Notes under the pieces: generated by a model
What the model saw: the letters and a program-made list of their open reading frames with translations, nothing else
What the model was told of the DNA's origin: nothing
The model's database searches: none
Shown: in pieces, positions 1-9,690 of the stretch
How the letters are laid out: every line of letters starts with the position of its first letter
Numbering within the stretch: position 1 is the first letter of the stretch
Source of the DNA: Podarcis melisellensis
Taxonomy: Eukaryota
Assembly: GCA_964234715.1 (NCBI GenBank)
Contig: OZ174280.1
Reading direction: 5' to 3' (one strand)
DNA length: 64,000 bases
Program-made: the position numbers and the translations under genes

Positions 1-1059
1 GTTCTGGAAGGTTTTAGCATTCCTAGAGGCAGATTTCAAGAGGAGGATATGGAATATTTTTTCGGAGTTTTGGAATATCTCATAATACTAAACCAGGGCT
101 GCTAAATTTAGTAGAGTGAGTATAGCTAGAATTGTAACTCTAGTTATAGCAAATGAAATATTGCACTGTATGCCATTTAAGTGTTCACTTACAGCCCCTC
201 AGCTCTTTATGCAGTGGGTCTTTTTCCATTTCCCATTGTGGATAATTGGAAAGTGATATTCTGCAGGAATGGATATGAAAACAGCTGTAGCTTATAATAT
301 ATTTTACTGTTATTACAGAGACTTCAGCCACAAGCCCAAGTACATTTATTATTAGAATTTACTAGGAAACCAATTTTATATAACATAAAGGGACTTTTGT
401 TCTGATTATGTTTGTATCTCTTGTAATAGTGAAAGCAAGCCCAGTTCTTGCTGCTAAGGCAAACAATGGCTAAGTGAACAAGAGAGTGTGTGTGTGCTAG
501 GAAATAAAATAGGGCTTTCTTGCTCCAGACAAACCATGGCCCATAGCCAAGATTTGTTCTTGGCTAACAGTGCGTTGTATGGGAGACGAATCACAAGCTG
601 GTTTGGGATGCAAGGATAGCCCAGACCATGGCTTTCCTCTCGGTACCATGGCAACGGACGAAGAAAAAGATTTCTAAAGTTTGCCCCCCGAGTCTTCAGT
701 AAAAATGCAGGGCAGCGAATCTGCGGCTGGCTAGCTTGTCTACCATAACTTTATTCCCATAAAGGTCAGTTGTTTTGCCCTCGGTGGTGACAGCAGCTGG
801 CGAAGAGGGGGGGAATCATTCTTCACGCAGCACGAGCGCGTCCAGGTTTTACTGCTGTTTTGGGGGCTGGGAGGGAACACAAGCCGCTGCCCAGCCACAG
901 ATTACAATTCTGAATGTCACCCCGATTTCCTTCAGGAAACTTCCCCACTTGCACCCCGGAATCTCCGGGGTTGGGGATACTTCCAGAGGGAAACCTATAA
1001 GTGAACAGGGTCTGCGAATCCTCAAACCCCGCCCCTCTCGATAGTTGAGGGTGACTCGA

Positions 1060-1155
1060 AAGAGGCGGGGCACTCAGCAGGGACCGCGAGAACGCGATCT
1101 GCGCGGTTCCCATCATGCAACGGGGCAGGGGTATAAAAGCCGGAGGCGGGGCGCG
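1060..1155 (+). promoter_or_regulatory. SCARNA2 Pol II promoter: GC boxes, ZNF143/Staf site, TATA box
   Basis: TATAAAA at 1132-1138; TTCCCATCATGCAACGGG at 1107-1124 matches the Staf/ZNF143 consensus; GAGGCGGGG GC boxes at about 1062 and 1143; lies inside a CpG-rich island (about 640-1750). Confidence 0.75.
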
Positions 1156-1160
1156 AGCCG

Positions 1161-1566
1161 GTTCTTCAGAGAGTAGCCAGGGGCAGAGTGAGTGGTGTGT
1201 GTCTGTGGTGGGGCGCGGAAGGTATGTGTGGGGATGCTAGGCGGTACGTGCGCTGCGTGAGGCGTGTGCGTGGGTCGAGTGGCGCGCGTGTGGAGCCCCT
1301 GCGCTACGGCACTTCTTTCCTTCATTTACACGTTGATCTTATTTGATCGGGCCGGGATGCTGCCGCCTCCCCAGGCCTGAGATGAGAAGAACCCTTCTTC
1401 CTGCGAAGCCCTCGGGCGCTGTGCAGTGAAGCAGGTGAAGCGAGCGGGCGGCCGTTTTAAGCCGGAGGTGATGAACTGATCAGATAGACGAGGCTGGAGG
1501 CTGCGGGGGGGGGGTTCCCTTCCCCCTCCTCCTGGCCAATGTGTATTGGAGCGATTCTGATCCGGC
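1161..1566 (+). ncRNA. SCARNA2: SCARNA2 orthologue (mgU2-25/61), composite box C/D scaRNA guiding U2 snRNA 2'-O-methylation
   Basis: TTGATCTTA (1333-1341) is antisense to U2 nt 22-30 and is followed by D'-like TTGA (1343-1346); the +5 rule gives U2 G25. Box C GTGATGA is at 1468-1474. ATCAGATA (1479-1486) is antisense to U2 58-65 before D'-like ACGA (1488-1491); the +5 rule gives U2 C61. Box D CTGA is at 1557-1560, with terminal stem GCCGGA (1461-1466)/TCCGGC (1561-1566). GU-rich 5' region at about 1187-1292. The 5' end is inferred about 30 nt after the TATA box. Position next to CFAP276 matches recalled human synteny. Confidence 0.9.
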
Positions 1567-2257
1567 TCGACCGCAGCGGCTCCGCCTCAGCCGCTCCTTT
1601 GTTCCTGCCTCAGGCGTCTTCCTTTGCTGCGACAACGCCTCCCCCTCTCCATCCCCGTCCCTCGCACAAGGCTGCTGGCTTTCCTGAAAAGGCCTTCCCA
1701 ATAAATGCTAATGAAATTTGCGGTGCGAAAACAACTTGGAAAAATTAATTCTGGCATGCTCACCGCCCCGACTTCATTCCATCTAGTGGACTGATGGTGA
1801 GATGGGTTGCAGTCCAAGAAAGCTCTTTGTTAAGTCCTTAAGGTGCCAAAGCCTCTTCCTTGTGCTATAAAAGGACACTTGCAGGCTCTGTTCAAAGAGT
1901 TCACGATGCTTGCATGTTCCGTGGCTCCTTCTGTGGAGCCGTGCAATGTTTCCCAAGCTGTGCCCGTGTCTTATAGGGCTGCTTATCAAATTATTGCCAC
2001 CATGTGGAGGCTGATAATACAGTAACAATTAAAATGGCCTCTGGTGGTTAAAATTACAGAAAGCAGGCCTCCCCTAAGACTCAGAATTTTAAGTTCTCAA
2101 AATGACAATCTACAATTCCTTCTACCTGTCAGCATTTTCATGTGCTTTTGGGGTCAAGAGGAGGAAGACATACTTGGAGAGATTGCTTGCTAGGCTAAAT
2201 TGAGAAATAATTGGCCTGTTCTCATTTGAGTGTATTTTTTCTTGAATGTTAAACATA

Positions 2258-2473
2258 CATTGGAACCTCTGGTTACATATGAACACTTCTGGTAATGAGC
2301 TCCGCTAACCTGGAAGTACATGCTCCTGGTTGCGAACTTTGCCCCAAGATGTGAGCTGAAGTGCGGTGGCAGTGGGAGGCCCCATTAGTGAAAGCGCGCC
2401 TCAGGTTAAGAACGGTTTCGGGTTAAGAACGGACCTCTGGGATAAATTAAGTTTGTAACTGGAGGTACCACTG
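2258..2473. mobile_element. Tc1/mariner (Tigger/pogo-like) MITE
   Basis: TA|CATTGGAACCTCTGGTTAC ... GTAACTGGAGGTACCACTG|TA; imperfect TIRs with TA target duplication. Confidence 0.75.
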
Positions 2474-2830
2474 TACTATTGGCTTTAATTCTTTAAGGGT
2501 TCAGCCCTCGGACTTGTCTGCATAGCCAAGACTCAGTAGTAATAAAGACTCACTAGTAATAAAGATGGGCATTCCTGTCCATATGTGCAGTGCCCTTTTT
2601 AAAAATAGTGAAACTAGCTAGCACCTGAATTAGTAGAGAAACTGCTTTTACAGCAGTTTAACCTTGGCATCTTTCATTGTGAGAGTACACTGCACTGCCT
2701 GCCCAAAGTGATAGTTTCTAAATGCTATCCTTTTAGGACTTCACTTCAGATTAACTGATTCAATTCCTTACCAAAATCTCTGGATTTACTAGGGCTGATA
2801 ACTTGGACTTTGCTCATAGGCAAGAAGCAG

Positions 2831-2836
2831 TTTATT
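2831..2836 (-). terminator. Candidate CFAP276 polyadenylation signal (AATAAA)
   Basis: TTTATT on the plus strand, about 170 nt downstream of the CFAP276 stop codon. Confidence 0.5.
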
Positions 2837-3008
2837 CCTCTCAAGTACAGTACTGGGGAACAGTATAGCTGTGCTGCTACTAGAATTCAGTGAAGCTGGG
2901 TGGTCTAATCAAGGATCCTAAAAGGAAAGCAAACATTGGAGACTTAACTCAGGTACATGTAAACACAGGCTGAAAGGACAGAAGCAGCATCATAGCCATG
3001 CAGAACTC

Positions 3009-3079
3009 TTAGTGGTAGAAGATCCCACCATTCTCTTTGCGCGAGTATCCACTGTTAGTGGCTGCAGTGTGATGAGACT
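3009..3079 (-). CDS. CFAP276: CFAP276 coding exon 5 (last)
   Basis: ttttcag|(E)SHHTAATNSGYSRKENGGIFYH TAA; 71 nt. Confidence 0.93.
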
Positions 3080-6000
3080 CTGAAAAGACAAAAGTCACAG
3101 TCAACTTTTTCTGAGTATTCCACACACACAGAAATTTTCCAATCAGAGCTCTAAATAGTACCACACATCAATTTACGAGGAAGATCTTAATTTATTGTGG
3201 TAAATTGAAAACCATCAATTCAAAAGTTTCCAGATGATGTTAAGCAGCATAACCGGGAAAAAATGGAGATCTCAATGAATTCACAAAACCTGCACGTGTT
3301 CTGCTTAGCTCTAAATTTCTTATCAATTAGTGGCCAACAATGTTTTTGAAGACTTTTCTCCAGTCTAGTTTAAAGTGTGATCCACACCATTCATTTCAGT
3401 GGTTTCTCAAGCAGAATATAAACGTAGAGGAGCTTTCATCACCCTGATTTTAAAAGTATATCTACTCTGAATGCATTAGTTTTTAACACAGGGATAGGTT
3501 GAAGAATATGATTATATAATGTAAATAAAAGAAGCTTGATATTCAAAATCATTAAAAAAGGACCTGGGAGAGTAGGGTGTCTAGGTAGGAGTTAGATTTG
3601 CTGAACACAAGCTGGTCACTATGGATTTATGTTCTTACTCCCTTTAAAGGTAAAGGGACCCCTGACCATTAGGTCCAGTCGTGACCGACTGGGGTTGCAG
3701 CGCTCATCTCGCTTTATTGGCCGAGGGAGCCGGCGTACAGCTTCCGGGTCATGTGGCCAGCATGAATAAACCGCTTCTGGCGAACCAGAGCAGCGCACGG
3801 AAACACCATTTACCTTACCGCCTGGAGTGGTACCTATTTATCTACTTGCACTTTGACGTGCTTTCGAACTGCTGGGTTGGCAGGAGCAGGGACCGAGCAC
3901 CGGGAGCTCACCCCGTCGCGGGGATTCAGGGTAATTCTTTAGGAGAGGTAAAATGAATGTCTACAACTTGTGCTTACCAATAGCTCCTTCAATGTTGTGA
4001 ATTGACTCTCTTACTGGGTTGACCCAGTGTCTCACAGATATACCCTTGGAAGTAGGATGCTGAATCAGAGTTGCTGTGCGTTCCTTCACAGGCTCTAAAC
4101 CCTTCAATTGTCTCAAAAACAAGAGTGAGAACATGTGTTAACATGTAAAAAAGTAATATATTCCGAGCAGAGGCCATGACTTCCATATTCTGTGCATTGG
4201 AGTATGGATTTTGTTTTGTATCTGTAAGCATTAAAGTGATTTAAGATCTGTAGGTGTGCTCTCACTGAGAAGCACCCTAAGACAATATAGTGTGCTAAGC
4301 AAGTAGAGACCCATATTTTGCCAAGGTAATATTCACTGGCTTGGGTTTCCAGAGCGCAGTGCAAAGCTGCTTGCTTCAGCATTGTCTGCACGTGCCTATT
4401 ATTGCAAGTGCAGATGGATAACAAATGGGATACCCATGCAGTACAAGCCAAAGCAGAAGCACTTCTTGCACTGTTTTTGTGTTGTATACTGTGGCAGGAG
4501 AATGGTGTGTCTCATCTGCACATAGATGAGGAAACGTTTTCAGTAAAGTACAGAAACAACCTGCCTCATAGCTACACATGTTGCACCTTTGGCTCATGCA
4601 AATTCTGTGGAGAGTCATGCTGTTTGCTGAATTCTACAAGAACAATGAATTCCACTTACCCATGGTCATCAAATAGGGTCTCCTTATGGAGAACTACCTT
4701 GCTCTTGTCTTTAAGCAGGTCTTCATGGTGATTGTACAGGGCACTAAGGTTAAAATCCAGACTGTCTTTGGAAACCTAGCCATGGGTTTAAGAAGGGATG
4801 GGGAAATCAGTATTGCTGTTTTTATAAGTCTGCTTTAAGTACACGGTGCAACTACAGGTGTTGAGGGGTCAAAGTGTAGCCCATTTAAAAGCAAATCTGA
4901 CAGTGCCAACCTATTTCGATTGAGGGCAAAGCAAAAGAGCCTTGCAACACAAGCAAAGGATGGTAACATCAGATGAATATTTTTACCTCAGGTTCTGTAT
5001 ACCAGATTTCTCTTCTGATGCTTGCTAGAGTAGGTGTTCCATGTAGTCGATTCCAGGGGTCTCGTTGCTGTGCAAGATGGGTAGGAATACAGTACGGAGT
5101 TTTCTGGATCAAAAAGAAGTATAAGAGACTTAAAGGAGTGATTGCAAACTTGTTCAGTCTGAGGAGATGGACCCTGCCAGCCAAGTTAGGTGGGCCAACC
5201 CTGTGTGGTGCTATTTCAGAATGACCAATCTGAAACCAAAATGAGGCATTGTACCTCATTGAGTACAGTAGTATAATTGTTCAAATTCTAAAGTCAGACT
5301 TCCGCTTATGCCCCTTTCTCATAGTTACCCAGTGAGCAACAAAAGTAGTCGGGATGTGCATCTGGAGCTCTTGTTAAGTGCATATAGAAGCTGCTGTAGA
5401 AGAGGTATATTGGGTGCTGCTTTTACCCCTTTCTCCCACTGCCTTTAGGACCCAGGCCCGACGCTGTTTTAGACATTTCTGTTTCCCACAAGTTCTTGGT
5501 ATGGATGCTGTGTCTATGTTCTGGGGAACTGATGCCACATTTGCTATCAGCCATCAGCAAATTTTGGGAAACAGCTGGTACATTTTAGCGCTCGTTATCA
5601 GTATTTTTTCTTCGTGAACAGTAACCCATGCTCATTAATAAAGCTTCGTGCAAGAGTGAACATGGTTGTGAGTAAGCTAAGTACATAAAATCAAATCTAT
5701 AAAGCCAAAATTGATATGCCTGACGCTGCTGCCTGTGCTAGATTAGGGTCCATGGGATGATTTACATTAGGTTTAAAATGTGTTGTCTTCTGACCTGTAG
5801 CTAAAATGACCTTCCTCCTTTCAACAAACAGACACACACTCCCAACTTGCTGGTTCTCATATTTTCAGAGTAGAGGACAGCACATTGGCAGAAGAGGCAG
5901 CATCATGAGTTCTTTCACCTTACATCATTTCTCTTCTATACTCTGAGACGGGAACACAGGAAGCTACATTATATTAAATTAGACCCTCCGTCCATTTAGC

Positions 6001-9000
6001 TTAGCATTGCCTTCATGGACTGGCAGCGGGTCTTCAGTGTTTTAGGCAGAGGTCTGTGTCTCTGTCTGGAAATTAAACCTGGGACCCTCTGCATGACTGG
6101 AGGAGTAGGACAGAGCAAGAGGGTGAAGGAACCACGGGGGGGGGGGCTTTTCCCATTCTCTAGACACCCTGGGAAACTCAACAAACCTACTGTACCTGGA
6201 ACTGGGGGTGGAGAATGCAGCTGAAGGGGACACAGCTGTGGCAATGGATGCTAGCCAGCCATGCTTTGTACACCACTTAGATATATTTTAATATGCTAAG
6301 TGGTAGAAATATTTTAAATATATTAAGTAGTGTAGAAATTCTGTCAATCAATCACAGTAGAATCTCTGCCACTGAGCCCCAAAAGGAGTGAGCAAAGCCT
6401 GGCAAGACAGCCTTGGCATGGCAACAGGTTGCAGCAGATGGACCACATGCTGTGGATTTGCTGCTGTGTGCAGGCCACCAGGAAGCAGTCTCTGGTTTAA
6501 AGAGAAAGGCGAGAAGTGTTTTAAGCGAGGAGCACTTACATATTGCTGAGGCTACATTTATTTGTAGAGACTAGTAGTCTTGTCGTCTAGAGTCTCCAAG
6601 TTACTCTTAAAAGTACTTTTTTATAAAGTGCGTTTGTGTAAAATTAGTGGCTTCAGCAGTCCCAAAATATATTGTGGCGCTTTGAGATTTTAGAATTTGG
6701 TATTCTCTCTGTTCCCACAATCCAATGTACTTACACTTTCTTCCATTATTGGAAAGAATATAATGTGTGGGGTAGGGAGCTTCTCTGTGCTCCCTCACCC
6801 AAGTTGTTGAAAGGGAATGGATGGAGTCCTTTATCTTGCCTGGAAAAGGAATGTATTGATAATGTGCATTCTTATCTGAGGGTAGTGCATTGTGACAACA
6901 TCTTCCAGTATTGCCTTCTGTCTTCCAAAGTGCCACCTGGCACTCAAAAGTTTAAATAGCTGCTGCCTTATGTTGATGTAGACAACGCAGGTGGCGCTGT
7001 GGGTTAAACCACAGAGCCTAGGACTTGCCGATCAGAAGGTTGGCGGTTCGAATCCCTGTGACGGGGTGAGCTCCCGTTGCTTGGTCCCAGCTCCTGCCCA
7101 CCTAGCAGTTCGAAAGCACGTCAAAGTGCAAGTAGATAAATAGGAACCGCTCCGGCGGGAAGGTAAACGGCGTTTCCGTGTGCTGCTCTGGTTCGCCAAA
7201 AGCGGCTTAGTCATGCTGGCCACATGACCTGGAAGCTTTACGCCGGCTCCCTTGGCCAATAAAGTGAGATGAGCGCCGCAACCCCAGAGTCAGTCACAAC
7301 TGGACCTAATGGTCAGGGATCCCTTTACCTTTACCTATGTTGATGTGCCCTCCAGTCAATCTGGCCAGGAACATACAAGTCACTGCTGATTCACACCTGG
7401 AGCCAGCTGGTCAAACGCAACTGAGGTTAAGGTAGATTTGTGGGATAGGTGGGTCAGAGGGGTTCTCTTAGATGTTCCCAGGACTACCAGTAATGTGCAT
7501 CCTAATCTGAGGGTGCAGAGAGGTAGATTTATAACCACATGAAAATAGATTTCCTGGTGATTGACAGTGGAGAAGAAGGAAAGTGCTGCCTGTGTCATTG
7601 GGCCACTTCTCCCAGCCCCCTTTTTTCTTTTGCAGCAAATAAATAAAGAGTGTGGAGGATGAAAGTGGCTGCAGGCTCCTCTCTGGGAGCCTGCATTTTT
7701 GCGCAAAGACAAAGATTGGCTTAGTGCGGCCAGTAAACCAGGACAAATACTCCATAGCAGAAGTGGGGAAGCTTCTTTCTTAGTCCAAGGGACACATTCC
7801 CTTCTCTGCAACCTTCTGAGGGCCATATGCCAGTGGTGGCTGGAGGCAGAGACAAAAGTAGGCAAAGCAACATATGCACATTTTACCTTTCTACAATAGG
7901 ATGGTTTGCGCACACAAGCAAGCAAGAGGCATTATCAGAGTTCCAGAACAAACTGCAATCGGGGAAATGCTCAGGGAGCCAAGTAAGGGGGTCACCCATG
8001 AGAGGGGAGTGGCTTGAGGAGAGGTCCAAGGGACAGTTAACTATGTAAACCGGGGGTCTTCTCTAGTTGCTTTCCAGATTCTGGTGTATTGAAAGCATTT
8101 TATTATTGTTATTCCTAATGGTTTTGGTGATTTGCTCCTCAATGCCTTACTTTTGCATTGTCTGCTTGCATTTGTTTTGCAAAGATTTGTCTTCTTTTGT
8201 TTGTTTGTTCTAATTTGCTAATCACTCTGGCCTTATTTTGGATTTTGTGATGTCTTTCCCGATCTGCAGTATAAGTACTAGCTCAGCTTCTATTACTGTA
8301 GTTTTGGATAACCCTTCCTCCCCCATTCCCAAGTGTTCTGAAGATATCTAACCCTCTTGCTTTGGCTTTCCCTCGGTTTCCTTCTTATCAATCTTTATTT
8401 TTTATAAGACGTTTCCTCTACCCAGTGAAAGTTAAGCAGGACTATAACATTCCTCCCATTCAAAACCCCTTTAATCCAGGTTAATAGTTTGGTTGAACTT
8501 CAGCATAAATGGGCTCTTTTTGCATCCTTCCTTTGCATTTCTGTGAATGGCTTGGCCCAAATGTGTGTATAAATGCCTGGTTTGAAACTATTGTGTATCT
8601 CTCCCCCCCTTTTGTTTGTTTGTTTGTTTGTAAGCCTGAGTCTTGTGTCCCTTAAAAAAAAAATCAAACACAACAAATGCCTTTTCCATTGTGTTCTTGT
8701 CTATGGAATGCTGTTGCTAGGGAGAGATGCCTGCCTGTTTGTTACATAAAATTAGTACACTGCTTGATCATAAAAAACCTCAAAGCAATTTACAAAAAAA
8801 CCAAAGCAATAAAATCTGTTAGTTGCCAGGTTCAGACTTCTCTGCTAGTGTTTTCCCCCTGCTTTTAAAAAGTTCATACATGCTTTATTTTATTGTCAAA
8901 CTGTTTTGAGACTTTTCCCTCTAAAAGCTACGGAAAAATGAAACAAACAATAGACCTGAGCTTCTTTAGGTGGCAATATTTGTCTGAAAAGCAGGATAAA

Positions 9001-9289
9001 AAAATATATAATCAACTAACATTTCCCGCCTGACGGCAGAGCAATAAGGTCATGTAGAAGCAAAAGTTGCAATAATGCCAAAGAGGTTCAGTGGCATGAG
9101 CCCTCAGATGAGGATGACTTTAGGCACTTTGTTAATATAAATGTAAAGGGGTGCATTTTAAAATGTTTTTAAATGGTTGAGGGCATTCTTAATAGGTGGC
9201 CCTCTTACCTGGGTACATCTGTTGTTGCCCGTGCAGGTCTCTTCATTTTCATAGTGTGGGAATGGAAAGGGGTCCCTGGTGGTTGGCAT
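3009..9289 (-). CDS. CFAP276: Cilia- and flagella-associated protein 276 (C1orf194), 5 coding exons, 172 aa: join(9289-9209, 5103-4987, 4775-4660, 4111-3978, 3079-3009)
   Basis: The spliced translation MPTTRDPFPFPHYENEETCTGNNRCTQ-KTPYCIPTHLAQQRDPWNRLHGTPTLASIRREIWYTEPE-VSKDSLDFNLSALYNHH...-...VRHWVNPVRESIHNIEGAI-ESHHTAATNSGYSRKENGGIFYH* resembles recalled human C1orf194 throughout. Introns are GT-AG and the CDS is 519 nt in frame. Confidence 0.93.
3645..3927 (-). mobile_element. Sauria SINE, 5'-truncated, in CFAP276 intron 4
   Basis: Reverse complement of the element at 6980-7335; begins with the (TAAAGG)n tail complement and ends within the B box. Confidence 0.9.
3978..4111 (-). CDS. CFAP276: CFAP276 coding exon 4
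   Basis: QLKGLEPVKERTATLIQHPTSKGISVRHWVNPVRESIHNIEGAI|gtaagc; 134 nt; the acceptor is an unusual tttttGAG, so the 5' boundary is less certain. Confidence 0.82.
4660..4775 (-). CDS. CFAP276: CFAP276 coding exon 3
   Basis: tag|VSKDSLDFNLSALYNHHEDLLKDKSKVVLHKETLFDDH(G)|gtaagt; 116 nt. Confidence 0.92.
4987..5103 (-). CDS. CFAP276: CFAP276 coding exon 2
   Basis: cag|KTPYCIPTHLAQQRDPWNRL...YTEPE|gtaaaa; 117 nt. Confidence 0.93.
5952..6097 (-). mobile_element. tRNA-derived SINE with L2-type tail, decayed
   Basis: Similar to the copies at 44514-44682 and 56072-56250 (gaacacaggaagct ... cctgggaccctctgcatg). Confidence 0.6.
6980..7335 (+). mobile_element. Sauria SINE, full length, in CFAP276 intron 1
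   Basis: A box GGTGGCGCTGTGG, B box GGTTCGAATCC and (CCTTTA)n tail; perfect 11-bp TSD TATGTTGATGT at 6969-6979 and 7336-7346. Confidence 0.92.
9209..9289 (-). CDS. CFAP276: CFAP276 coding exon 1
   Basis: ATG at 9289; MPTTRDPFPFPHYENEETCTGNNRCTQ; donor CAG|gtaaga; 81 nt. Confidence 0.9.
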
Positions 9290-9294
9290 GCTCC

Positions 9295-9690
9295 AGAGGA
9301 TGGGCGATCCAGTGGCTGCAGCAAAAGCAGATCCCGGGTTCCCTCTCGCCGCGTGTCAGGTTTGTTTAGGAACCGGCAGCGGTTGCTAAGCGACCGTCTT
9401 CCCGGGCTTTTAGAGCCCGCAGCACATTCTCTAAGGCGCCCTCTAATGGCTGGAAATGGTAGCACAAAAAGCGGCGCAGGGAAGGAAACGTCAGAATTTT
9501 CCCGGAGGGATAAACAGCAGCAGGAAAGGAGGACGGTGCAAATGGGAGGGCGCAAGGCTATTGGTCTTCTTGAGAGGGCGACGTGTAATTAGCTGACTAG
9601 TCGGCACAGAGATCTGGAGAGGCGGGGGCGGAGAGGAGAGATGCTCCAGACTTGACGCCGCGATCCCCAGAAATAAAAGACGTTGGCGGA
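9295..9690 (-). promoter_or_regulatory. CFAP276 CpG-rich promoter/5' UTR with RFX X-box
   Basis: CpG-rich segment directly upstream of the ATG; X-box-like GTTGCTAAGCGAC at 9382-9394 (GTCGCTTAGCAAC on minus); ATTGG/CCAAT at about 9560; GC box at about 9620. Confidence 0.65.

Noticed and set aside
1-520. Possible 3' UTR end of TMEM167B (expected by recalled synteny; AATAAA at about 503)
   Set aside because: There is no coding sequence in the window to support it; synteny alone is insufficient.
1781-1860. Penelope-like hammerhead remnant just downstream of the scaRNA (GTGGACTG...CAGTCCAAGAAAGCTC...taaggtgcca) as a 3'-end-forming ribozyme
   Set aside because: The CUGANGA core before stem II is missing, so this looks like a dead repeat fragment. 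A similar decayed end lies at about 12615-12640.
7380-7925. 181-aa minus-strand ORF in CFAP276 intron 1
   Set aside because: Non-ATG start, no recognisable domain, and not needed for the CFAP276 reading frame.
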